Position numbers and translations under genes: made by a program. 64,000 bases of DNA from Lytechinus pictus (taxonomy: Eukaryota), in assembly GCF_037042905.1 (NCBI RefSeq), contig NW_026974140.1:808001-872000 (forward strand). Direction: 5' to 3'. Of this stretch, positions 38,801 to 52,000 are shown in pieces (position 1 is the stretch's first letter; every line of letters begins with the position of its first letter). The notes below the pieces were generated by a model. The model worked only from the letters and a program-made list of their open reading frames with translations. It was not told where the DNA came from and ran no database searches.

Positions 38801-41800
38801 GAGGAGTTGACATGGTCTTGAGCTCCTAATCAAAGTAAATACAGTAAATCAACTTTTACATGGAAATCATTAAAATTTTGCTTTGTCTGACTGTTTTAGC
38901 ATAATACTTGGCTTGAAATTTGAAAGCAAAGAATTATCAAGTATCATCTGCTAGGGTATGCATTTAAATTTCTGCATAGACAATTGTTACTTTTTGTAAA
39001 TTCCCATCATTTCTTGAAAATTGCCGAAAATTCCAAAAATTCCCACAAAATTCCCGTTTATACCCATGAAAAGATTCCATCAAGAAAATTCCCGGGAATT
39101 CTGCAATCCTACTCCACCCCAAAAAAATCATTACCAAGAAAAAAATAAAGAGAAAGTGAAAGAGAGATGGATAAAATATGATTATTTTCCGAATACTATA
39201 CCCAAAATTTTGTTTTTGTAAAAAAAAATGAAAAATTTCGAAGGTTTTACCCTTTCGCTGGGCTAGCTGACAACTTTTAAAAATACATTTCACTCGATAC
39301 ATCATATCTGGACCCCTCCAAATTACGCTACTGATTTTGACGAAGAAGATTTTGAAATGCTGTGATAATTTTTAGATTAACATGATTATGAATGGAATCA
39401 ACATGAAGTATAATCTATTCACTGCTAATTTTACATGACAAGTAGACTTATTAAAATTTTAAAAAATTTAAATACCCTTTATACTGGTTGAAAGGTTGAA
39501 AAGAAAAATTAAGTACTCCAGGGTAACAGGAAAATCCAAGATGGTGCCCTCACTGGCTGCCGTATGCTAAAATCCACGACTCATCCATTACTTCATAAAA
39601 TGGCTTTAATTTGTTTTTTATTCATTGGTTATTAAGGATCAAATAGTACATAGGGCCAAGTTACAGGGACAGCCAGTGGTCTGGAATGTCCAAAAACATA
39701 AGATGGCTTCAAAAAATTGAATCTAAAATGGTTGCTGATACCTTAAGTGGACGTAGCTCATTTCATATTGGCCTTAGGGAAGTGATTTTTACTCTAAATC
39801 ATTGGTTTCAAGAGTCTAATAATATTAGGACAAGTTACAACGACAGACAGGTATGTCCGAAAATAATTATAAAATGGCTGCTGATACTTAAAAGTGGAAT
39901 AGTTCATTTTATATTCACCTGTGAGATATGATTTTGGTGTCTAAACTATGATTTCAAAGGGCAATAATTATAAAATGGCTGCTGATACTTAAAAGTGGAA
40001 TAGCTCATTTTATATTCACCTGTGAGATATGATTTTGGTGTCTAAACTATGATTTCAAAGGCCAATAATACATTAAGAAAAACTTACACGGACAGTCGGT
40101 GGTCTAGTATGTCCAAAATTCCAAGATGGCTTCCAAAAATGGGGTCTAAAATTGACTGTTGTTACTATTTTTTCAAGAGTCAAATAATAAATTAGGACAT
40201 AGTTTGTTCAATATCTGTCTGGGGAATATGATTTTGATGTCTAAACCATAATCATAAACCCATGGTTTAATGCATTAGAACAAGTTACGAGGACAGTCAG
40301 TGGACTGGTATGTTAAAAAATCCAAGATGGCCTTCAAAATGGGGTCTAAATTGACTGTTGGCACTTCAATATGGACATAATATAGTTCATTAATAATATA
40401 CATTGGGGATATGATTTTGGTGTCTAAACTAGTATTAAAAGGATCAAGTAATACTGTACATTTAGTCAAGTTGAAACGACAGTCAGGTGTCATTATTGTG
40501 TCAAAAAATTCAAAGATGGCTTAAAAAATGGGGGTTTTAATGTTACTTAAAATTGGACATAGTACATCAAAAATACACCTGGGGATGTTATTTTGGTGTC
40601 TACACTAGGGTTTCAAGGATCAAAATATACTTTGGGACTGGTTACAATTGTCCATTTTGCCTGAAAATCCAAGATGGCTTCCTTAAATGGATTCTAAAAT
40701 GACGACTGTTACTTTGAAGTGGATGTAATATCCACTTGTGAGAAATAATTTTGGTGCCTACATTCAAAATGCAAGCAGGTATGAGTTGGCAACAGCACCC
40801 ATTTTGATGTAATTTTAGAATCTACCTTGGATTTTGGACAAAATTGATAACTAATCATTCTTGTTACTTGCCCTAATGTAATAGTTGACCCTTCATACCA
40901 CAGTGTAGACACCAAAAATATTTCTCACAGGTTGATGTTGTATGAACTCAGATAATTTCTGAGTGATAGAAGTCATTTTAGACGCCATTTTGAAAACCCT
41001 CTTGGATTTTTTAAGAAAAAATGGACAACTGGATATCATTGTAACCAGTCTAAACATATTTTTTAAACCTTGAAACCAAAGTGTGAACACCAAAATATTT
41101 TTACTTGGTGGATTTTAAATGAACTATGTCAATTTTAAAGTAACAGACTCCGATTAGACTCCAATTGTTTGAAGCCATCTTGGATGTTTAGACATACTGG
41201 ATTACTGACTGTCCTTGTTACTTGTTCCAATGTACATGATGTATTTACTGACTTTTCAAACCATGGTTTAGATATCAAAATAATATGCCTTTGGCATATA
41301 TTACACGAAATATGTCCATTTGTTAGTAACAGGAGCTTTTCCATTTTTGGAAGCCACCTTGGATTTTTGGACATACTTGACCACTGACTGTCCTTGTAAC
41401 TTGTCCTAATGTATTATTTGACCCATTCAACCATGACATAAACATATTCCGGGATATCAAACAAACTACGTTTTTCAATGCAGCAACAGCAATTTTAGAC
41501 TCCATTCTTGGAAGTCATCTTGTATTTTTTATATACTGGACAACTGTCCGTTCAACTTGTCATAGTGTATTATTTGACCATTGAAACCATGGTCTAGACA
41601 CCAAAATCATATATCTCAGACGGATATGATATGTCCATATGTCCCAGTGTACTACTTCACCCTGAAAACCATTGAATAGAAACCAAATTAAGCCACTAAA
41701 TTAGATGTTATTTGGTTGTCATGGCATTGATGGCAATTGCCTAAGTTATTTGTACATCTACAGCAAACATATCTATGCTTTGCACCCTATAATTAGGGGA

Positions 41801-43356
41801 AATTAATGACAAAATGCAGATTCTAAACTGTTTTTCGATCAAATTTGGTGCTTTTCTTGGGGAAAAAAGAGTTGTTGCCATGGCAACGGCCCATATGCAA
41901 CATTGATATTTATCATTAAATTCAAGCATTACCAAGGCAATCTCAAATTTCGTCATTCTAATGAACTAATGCGAAACACTGTAATCTTTGTTCAAAATTA
42001 AATGACTGGGTCAAACCTTGAGTTAATTGTTATAAATTGCATTTTCCACCTGTCCATTATCATGTCAACCATGTTATATTTTTTTCTTCAAATCAGATGT
42101 TATTTGGTTGCCATGACAATGGATTTAGATATTATTTGCATGTTAACAGCAAACATATCTATTCTAATCCTAAAATTAAGGAAAATGAAAGAAAAATCAG
42201 ATTATACAGTCCTTTTTTAAATCAAAACTGGTACTGTTCTTGGGTAAATGATCCGTTGCTATGGCAACAGGCCATTTGGAACATTGATATTTATCGTTGA
42301 ATTCAAGTATTACCAAGGCAACATCAATGTTTATCATTTTAATTAGTTCATGCAGAACACTGACTGTATTATTTTCCCCTAAATTAGTTGAGTAGATCAA
42401 ACTTTACGCATGTACATTAAGTTAATATTCATTGTATTTTTCACCTGTTGTTAACCTTATCATCCACTTTTTAACAAAAATTAGATGTTATTTGGTTGCC
42501 ATGGCAATGGCTTAAGATGTTATATTTATAAATTTAGTCACAAACATATCTCGATTAGTACCTTTAAATTTGGGAAAATGGAATGATGATCATACCGTAC
42601 ATGTATTCTACATTTTTATCAATATTTTTACCTATCTAGAGAGAAATAAGCTGTTGCCATGGCAACAGGCCCTTTGTAAAATTGTTCCTTTTTAAATTTA
42701 ATTCAAGCATAACCAAGGGAACATAATTTTTTATCTTTATAAAGAACTCCTGCAGAACACTTTTTGTATATTTTGTTCAAATGAGGGGGTCAAAACTTAA
42801 GCATACAGATTAAAGTCAATTCCAATTGTATTTTCCACCTGTCCATTGTCTTGTCAACCATGTTATTTTTGTAAACTAGATTATATTTGGTTGCCATGGC
42901 AATGGCTTGAGATGTAATTTACACATTTAGCAACCAAAATATCTTTGTTAAGCACTGTAAAATTAGGGGAAATTAAAGTTAAATCATATTCTGCAAGGTT
43001 TTTTAAACAAATATTTTTATTTTTCTGGGGAAAAAAAAACTGTTGCCATGGCAACGGACCAATTGGAACTATCTTGATGATCTTGAATATTTCTAAATTT
43101 CATATGTATTCAATCGGGAGCCTGAAAATTATCATTTTGGTCATCTATATCATGTTTATTTACCATTTACATGGGAATGTATGTTGTTTTGGAGAAATTA
43201 ATCCGTTGCCATGGCAACGGCCGAAAATGGCATTTAAAAATTTACCTCCCATCTTTAAAATAAATCTTACGGCATATACTAATACTTGTGAAAGTTTCAT
43301 GCTTTAGTCAAAATTTGCACAATTGTTGTGATTTTTGGAGCTAATCCGCTCTACTA
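35868..43356. mobile_element. 7.5-kb foldback non-autonomous DNA transposon, Academ-like
   Basis: Termini tagtagagcggattagc / gctaatccgctctacta; 3-bp TSD ata (35865-35867, 43357-43359); kb-long inverted arms made of subrepeats; no coding capacity. Confidence 0.85.
39530..41640. repeat. Inner inverted array of tccaagatggc-containing subrepeats, axis ~40770
   Basis: ccaagatggc/ttttggtgtctaaac units run forward to ~40760 and as reverse complements (gccatcttgga, tagacaccaaaa) from ~40790. Confidence 0.8.
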
Positions 43357-44779
43357 ATATGTATAATAAGTGATAAAAATATATAACAATCAAAGAACGA
43401 CACATGTAGCATTAAGAAAAGCAACTAACTAGGAATAACTACACCTAAACGTTGACTATAAATAACGTCCATAAGGACATTACGTACATGTACGTAGGCT
43501 AATTGGCTTAACCATGCAGGCGTATCGTATGCTTAATTACGCCAATTTCAACTCTTTAAACTTTACATTGCAAAACATAAGGAATTAGAAGTACCGGTTT
43601 TGTTTTGTTTTGTTTTTGTTTTTTCATTTTCATTCTACGGTTTGTAAACAAAACTATAGCTCAATATTCAACCCTTGGCATCGATATTAGAAACAAAACT
43701 AATCAATAATAAACGTAAATATTACGAATGATAAAAATAATAAAAGCCAAGAGCCTACCGGATGTCCCGGAAACGATACGCTTAGCTTTCCAACCCAATT
43801 TGGGGGAAAGGCTAGCAATTAATATTCAGCTTAACTGCCACTGTGTCGTTCCGACGTGTCCAATAATAATCCGGACCTTTCGTTGGAGAACGCGAACGAT
43901 AATTTACGACGTAAGTTGATTTTGGAAAAGACTTTTGGGCCCGTCGTCGTGGTCGTAAAACTCTGACCTTTCCTGAGGTGTGCGAAAGGTGGCAAATATC
44001 CGTCTAAGAGGGCGTCAGTAGCTGAAAGATCTACCCAAACCATGGATTTAGTTCTCTCAGTTATACGTCGTTGCATAGAAGCATAACAAAGTGTAGTTGT
44101 TGAACCTTCTGATCTGCAGCATGATATCGAACCACCATTTCCAATCGATGAGGGCCTTTTGCCATTTAAGGGACAGCCCCTTATATCGATAGTATCGCCA
44201 AGGTATATGTTAGAGCTTAGGAAGGGCCGATGATCCGTCACATACGCCGTGGGTGTTTCTTAATATCAATCTTCTTGCATTGCTGCACCTCGTTCGCCCT
44301 CCGGTCATTGGAATAGGCTGTTTTCGCCATCGACAAACCGCCCCATTACTGGCAAGGCAGCTGGCAAACCTTCAACTCGTGGACCATTCCGCTGAACCGG
44401 GCAACCCCCTCAGCCTGCATAATGTGCTCTTCTCCGCTTGCCGGGTATGTTTCATTGAATCCCGGTGAATCAGACCGTAGAGGCTGCAAAAATAAAAAGA
44501 AGCTTTTGGCAGAATCTTGCATCCATTACAGGAACCCGTAAATCCTAATCACCACAGACATATCGCAATGCATAAAATTTGAGCAATGAGTATCTGCCTC
44601 CGATTAAAAAAGACTTAATGTACGAGTTATGTTTTCCCAATAGCCTGAAATAGTAATCCTGTGAATATTCATACTAGCCTATTCGGAATATGAAATCATC
44701 CAGAAGAAGTAATAATCAAAATATTCCCGTATTAGCAAAACAAACGTGCCCGTAGGGACCTCTTGAGCTACGTACTGTC

Positions 44780-45600
44780 AACTCACCAAAATGAATGAAA
44801 ACAATTTACAGCCATTTCACTACTTTCCACTTTTAAATAGAGGACGCTATTATTAAGCTAATTTTCACCGATGCGTAAGAAAAACATTAGAATTTGGGGA
44901 ATGATACCATAAGCAAACCCTGAAAATATGATACCAAATTGAATGAAAAAGAGGAAGTATGGCAAGTTTGCATTTTGCAACTTTTCATAAGAGGGAGCTA
45001 TTCATTAAGGTGATGGTCACTGATGCGAAAAACCCGTTTGGATTGTGAGGGATGATACCCTAGGCAAACCCTAAAAAAAATATGAGACCAAAATAATTAA
45101 AAACAAGTTATGGCCATTTTACTAATATCAACTTTTCAATAGAGGGCACTCTTTCTAAAGATAATGGTCACTGATGCGTAACAAACCGGTGAATTATGAA
45201 GGATGTAGTCATAATTAGTAAGCTCTGAAAATATGAGACCAAAATGGATGAAAACGAGGAAGTTATGGCAAGTTCACATTTGCCCTTTTTCAATAGAGGG
45301 TGCTATTTAGTAAGGCATTAGTCACTGATGCGTAAAAACCGTTCGATTTATGATGGATGATACCATAGGCAAACTCTGCAAATATGAGACCGAAATAATT
45401 GAAAACAAGGAAGTTATGGCCACTTTTTTTTTTTTTTTTTTAACTCTTAAATCAAGGGTGCTAGATCTTAACTTAATGATCACTGATGCGTGCTAGAATG
45501 TTGAGGGATGGCATGATTAGTAAACCCTGAAAATATAAGACGAAAATGCAAACAAACTTAAGGAAGTTATTGCCATTTTACAAATTTGATATTTAGCATC
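44780..45600. repeat. Diverged ~150-bp tandem repeat (5-6 units), probably internal to a non-autonomous element extending to ~46200
   Basis: Recurrent aatagaggg...ggtcactgatgcgtaa...gatgataccataggcaaaccctgaaaatatgagaccaaaat. Confidence 0.8.
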
Positions 45601-47954
45601 TTTATAAATATGAAGTTTTTGAACGTATGCTATATTCGATTTGAATTTGGGTGAAGACGGCATTCTTGCAAGTCATATATATATATATTTTTTTTTTTTT
45701 GAAAGAGGAACTCGACAGCAGTTATTAGTAGTCTGAAGTATGCAGGATAAGGGAGTGACGATAGTCTGCTATGCAGACTCTGAATGGCTCGTGAGGTGGG
45801 ATCTGCTGGTTTGCGAAGCAAACCAGCCCGAAAGGGCGAGCGAAGCGAGCCACTTCTGCAGCCTCAGTAGACATAGTCTGCTATGCAGACTCGTTGAATC
45901 AGCTGATGTACACACACTGCAGATGTGGGTCTATATTTGTAGACTAGAGTGAGGACGGGATGAGGAATGGTATGCAATTGGACTTGAAATTTACAAAATG
46001 TCGCCTGGATGGTTAATGCATGGGTGATTTTGGAAAATGGAATACGAGGTCCACGAGGTTTGGGGGTGCTGGACAACATGCCTACCAAATTTGGAGAGAT
46101 TTGGAAGAGGGACGTGGCCTGGCAGGGTAAACAAACTATGTGTTAAATCATGGACCTAAGAAGAGATGGACGATTAACGCGAGCAATTATTTGGTCCAAT
46201 GATAGACACCGTCGCCTGGTTATGCGCATCTTAATGAGAACATACAGGTGTTGTAACAATAGCAATTATCGTGACTACCAAGACGTATCTGATCACCCAA
46301 AGACGGAACAGTTTCCCGGTCTTGATTTTTGTTGGCTGATACCCTGTTTCAGCATGTGCCTTTCAGTCAACATGCTTCATATTTGGAGCAGCAAACTTGA
46401 AAAGCAGACGATCTTTATGATATAAAATATGATATTATTCGATCCGCTAACTACCGCTCACACATAAAGACTTCAATAACATTGACAGATACACGATCTA
46501 TAAATGTTATGTACCACGTATATCTGGAATATTATGGAGAAACTTGGGAAAATTAAATTTTAAATGGTAAACAATCAATCACAATATTGCCTCTATATTA
46601 CAATATGAAGACATTTCCCCAAATAAAACACATGGAACTAAGATTACCAAATGTAAAAAGAACTGCACATCGATTTTCCATGATTTAAGTGATTTGTTGT
46701 CTATTGCGCATATAATTTGTGAAATATAAATGTCCAGTCACGAACTGCTTCCGTCCCTTCTCACGGTGACGATCATTGAACCAAAGAAGACTAGTATGAA
46801 GAGAATGTTATTCAGAGGACAATTACAGTCACCTGTTAGTGAATTCATTAAGTAAGCGATGGATGTCCATCTCTTCATAGGTCCATGGTTAAATGAATGG
46901 GATTCTTGGCGGAAGAAGAAAAGGATTACGGAATATAAATTCGGAACAAGAACAAGGCATTACCGCCCATGGAAGTTAATGCAATTATTTTGCTTTTTAA
47001 TTAATCACCCATCTTTTTTTTTCTTTTATTTATACATATATACATTTTATTAATTTCATTTATTATTATTCATTTATTTATTTATTTATTTTTTTTTGGG
47101 GGGGGGGGTGTTTTGCTACTTCTATACATTTTCAGACAACGGACTGAGGCGCCGCTCTGGGCGGCGGTATATCGGCGGTCAACCGAAAATATATAAAAAT
47201 ACATGTAGGTCCAACTCAATACCATACTCACAGGATGCTTGCATATCCTAGCCTTGGTCTCTCGTTGATCTACCAAGGAACCATGGTCTACTGCATTCGA
47301 GGGTCCGTTTCAGATCAACTCCGTCAGTCAAGCTCATTAAAGATTAAAACCCCTCTAGTCATGAACATCACTTGGACAAAAGAAGTTACATTTTCAGGTA
47401 TAATTGCCAACTGATTGCAATTATATGAACTCCACGCACAAACTGCAGTCAAGTTCTGCGGCCCCGACTTTTTCCGCGAATACCGACTCGCCTGCACCTT
47501 CATTCCTTTATAACCACATGCAGCATGCCAAATATTTTTAATAGTATCTGGCCAGTATATGTTTGTAGTAAGGTAGGAATCTTTTGTCTATAATCTGCGA
47601 GGCAAAACTAATGAAGAAGAAGAATGAACATATCTCATCCTTGCGGCATCAACTGTAGCTTTAAACTAGGATGCTCTCCACCTCGATATCCTTGCTTAGT
47701 CAGTCACCAGTTCGTATAAATCCAACGGGCCCAAAAGTCTTTTCTAAACAGCTCAAATCGGGCTCCCCAACGAGTATTGCTGAAACCATGCAGATCCTTT
47801 GCGAAATTTCAACTTGAGACCCAGAATTAGCAGGTCAAACCGATGTAACATGCAAAAGATTTGAAATTCAATTTGATTTGAATCGAAGCAGGGGCCGCCG
47901 CGATACGATGAATCCTATTGCTGTTGATTTTAGCTCCAATATCGAGTCCGAGAT

Positions 47955-48321
47955 GGAATTAAAATTGGGATGATTCACACATAACAAGTGTTCTCAACGA
48001 AACCACAACTCAAAATGATTATATTCCCTCAGTAACTCATGCTGAATGCAAGTAAAGGCTTCTTTCCCACGCCTCTGATGCGCGGTAACTTCCCGAGGAA
48101 TTCTGTTTTGTAAACATCGCGGCAGTACAAACAGGCGGCCGCTTTATATGGAGCGCCGCTACTCGCGGCAGCTTTGTGAGCGGTTTCGTTTGATCTAGGT
48201 GACCGCAAGTACTTATCACAGCCGCAAAAAGAACTGCCGCTCCGCGCAACTACCGCGCGACAAAATGTGCAAATTGCGACTGTAAATCATTTGAGCGATT
48301 AAACACCGCTAAAATTTATTA
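47955..48321 (+). repeat. 3' terminal 367 bp of the 1551-bp unit
   Basis: Matches 23095-23461 and stops exactly at the unit-junction TTA. Confidence 0.95.
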
Positions 48322-49014
48322 TAGTCCAGTCAATATAGGGTTTGACCCACCACTAATTGCAACACGAGATATTCCACTCCAATGCTTTCAAGGAAGGTCC
48401 CCTAAACAACATACTAAAAGTCCAAAGAAATCCAAGCAGTGGAAATTTATGAAATTTGCATATTATGCAAATTAGCCATAAAAAGTTAAAAAAATAGAGG
48501 AAATGGCCCAAAGATTACAAATTGAGTGTCCAAAACAATTTAATTTGAGCGAAAATTCATGATGAATAACTGTATTCAATGTTTTTTGTCAAAAGTGCGA
48601 AAAAACTACCTCATTTGCATAATATGCAAATAAGCATCCTTATATGGAAAATATCAAGGTATTGTGATTTTTCTCTCATTAACTGCTTGAAAATTTCATT
48701 AATGTTGAAATGTACATGCTGCTATCACTAATGACGTTGAATACATTTGTATTCAGCTTAGTGTCTAGTGTAAGTTGAATATTATGCAAATAAAAGTATC
48801 TAACATGTTATAAATATTCAAGAAAACACACTGGTGATACATCCCTCAAAAATTGCAAGTAGATTATCTATTGGAATTGGAATATGGCAATACCTTACAG
48901 GAAGGTTTCCTAAACACCATATTAAAAGTCCTTAAATATACAAGCATATAGGGAAATCACAAAATGTGCATTTTATGCAAATTAGCCATAATAATTATTT
49001 TTTGCAGGAGTTTC

Positions 49015-52000
49015 TGCATTTATTGTAAAGTCAAAATTAAATTTACAATACATAAACATAATCATAGTATGACATGAAAAAACATTGTAATGTGACAAAT
49101 TTATAGTAGTGTCATAACAAAATTTAGACATGAATACAATTTAAGGATAAGACAAAGTAGTGAAAAACAAATGCAGTGGCAAACTATATAAGCAAAATAA
49201 ATGCTTGAGTAATAGCAGCCAAATGGGGAAAGGGGCTACATGGAAACCAATTATTCTATAGTTCTAGGTCTGGAAGAAAATCTTACGTCACAAATCATCA
49301 GAAAGGAGAAAGAAGAAAAATTAAGAAATGAAGTGTGCGTGTGTGTGCAAGTGGGTGAACGTGCAGGTGTGATATTTGAGAATACTTCGATAAAAGAAAT
49401 TTGTTTAATGAAGCTTTAAAAGAAAAGATAGATGCAGTGAGTTTAATATCATTGGGCAAATCATTCCAGATGTCTGGGCCATGATGTCTGATCGTTTTAT
49501 GTGCTAATATTGTTATCGGGTTTGTGAGGTGGATGTTGGATGAGTGGCGTGTAGGATATGAATGAATGTTGCTGTTGTAAACAAAAATATCTTGAAAGGG
49601 TGTAAGTATAGATTTAGTTGAGAACTTGTACATGAAAATGGCAGTTTGGAAAGTATGAATATCATGAATTTTTAATGTTTTCAGATTCCGAAAAATAGGA
49701 TCAGTATGTGCTAAAAATTGCGAGTGGGAGCAAATGCGTAGTGCTTTCTTTTGGAGGCGTAGAATTTAGTCTATTTTTGTTTTGTTGCAATTACCCCACA
49801 ATATGTTGCAATATGATATTTGTGACAAAATGAAAGAATTGTAAAGCATAAATAGTGATCTTTGGGAAAGACAATATTTCAGTTTGAATAGTATGCCAAT
49901 ACCTCTGGCAACAAGTGTGCTAATATAACGAATGTGGCTATTTCAAGTTAAATTAGAGTCAATCAATACGCCCAAGAATTTCGTTTCTTGTTTTTCAGCA
50001 AGATGGATGTTATCAATGTTAATGGAGCCACGAAATATATGCTTAGAATTAATGTGTTTAAAGTACATGAAATTTGTTTTGTTAATGTTTAAGGAGAGTT
50101 TATTTGATTTAAACCACATGGACAATTTATTTAATTTATTATTGAGTCCTGCTACAAGCGTGTCTAAGTTACTGTGTGAAAAAAATACATTGGTATCATC
50201 TGCGAAAAGAACATAAGTAAGTAAGGGTGATGCATTGATTATATCATTCATATAAATTAAAAATAACAAAGGGCCTAAGATAGAACCCTGTGGTACTCCA
50301 CACTTTACATTACAAACTTCAGAAGATTTAGAGTTAAAATTAATATATTGATATCTATTGTATAGATAATCTTTAAACAATGATAAAACAATCCCTCTGA
50401 TTCCATATGTTTTTAATTTATTCAATAGTATATGGTGATCGATAGTATCGAATGCTTTCGATAGATCCATGAAAACCCCGACAGTGTGCTCTTTTTTTTT
50501 TAAGTGAATCTGTTATTTTGTCGTATAGTTGTAAAATTGCATAGTCAGTTGAATGATTTGACCTGAAACCGTATTGATTAAGAATAAATAATTTAGTTGT
50601 GTCCAAAAAAGAATATAGTCGTTTGTAAAAAAAAATTTCATGTATTTTAGATATGCTTGGTAATAATGAAATAGGGCGGTAGTTGGCGATTTGGCAAGGG
50701 TCTTCTTTTTTGTATATGGGAATTATTTTTGCATTTTTAAGTTGATCCGGGAAAATTCCATTTGTGAGAGATAAATTGAATATATGTGAAAGTGGAGAAG
50801 CCACAAAATGAATCATTAGATTAAGTAAATGTACACTGATACCGTCATGACCACTAGATTTAGTAGGTTTAAATGATCGAACTATTTCTAAAATTTCATA
50901 AATATTAGTGGGAATTAAACATAAGGAATGTTCAGTATGGTTGTCTAAATATTTTGTAAAGTCGTTTGCATTAGTTACTATTTTAGATGAAAGGTTAGGG
51001 CCAACATTGGTGAAAAAAAAATTGAATGCATTAGCAATTAGGGTTTTATGCCCGTTAAGAAGGAAATCAACATTATTAAGATCATGCATTTATTTACCTA
51101 ACATTTAATTGACTGTGTTCAATAATGTTTTGTTATTATCTTTGTTGTTTTCTATTTTGTTCGAAAAATACGATTTACGAGCTAAACGGATTATTGATGT
51201 TAAAGAGAAATTCCAGTAGTTGCAGTAAACACTGATTTCATGAGAAAGTCTGTATAACCAGGCTTAATTGTCAGTATATCATCGAGGATCTAGATCTGGT
51301 ACAGTTACATAAACTGAACTTTGTGAAATCTTGAAATCTACGCTGAAAAATGTTCAGACTGAACTTCCCCAACACAGATAAGCGCACGTGGGACTGTGTA
51401 TAATTATTGCTTTGAGCGTCGGGCCCGACGCTCTACCCGAATCCTGTGCTTATTTGCTGATTTCTCAGCAATTACACAATTTCTTCCAGAATCCTTTGGC
51501 ACATGCGTTTTATTTATACAAACAGACACTTTGGTGGTCATTTCATTGGATTCTGTACGAACTCATTTTGATATCGTTACCAAAACTAGCATTTACCTTT
51601 AATCTATTTCGATATTTTTTGTATTTGTGTACATGTTCTTGAGTGGGAGATTTAAGCGATATCTTATATAATCGATTACGAGTGAATATTGATTTAATTA
51701 TACCTTGGGTGATCCATGGTAGTTTATTCTTCTTTTTACTTGGGTTGATTCTCGTCAGAGGTATATTTTTGTCATACTAATGAAGAAGTTTATTTAGAAA
51801 TATATCATATGATCTGTTAACATTATCTTCTCTAAAAAACGTCTTCCCAGCCCTCTGCACTCAAATCAGTTTTAAGAGCATCTATGTTATGTTTAGTTTC
51901 TTTTCGCCGGGTGACTTTTCCTTTATTGTGTGGTTTATGTAAATGTTTATGATCTCGGCATATCGTAAAGATTGGTAGATGGTCAGAAATGTCGTAGTAA

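Noticed and set aside
43831..44487. Host exon (136-aa ORF, acceptor-like ttttatttttgcag on the minus strand)
   Set aside because: The frames I translated after the acceptor hit early stops; no recognisable protein.
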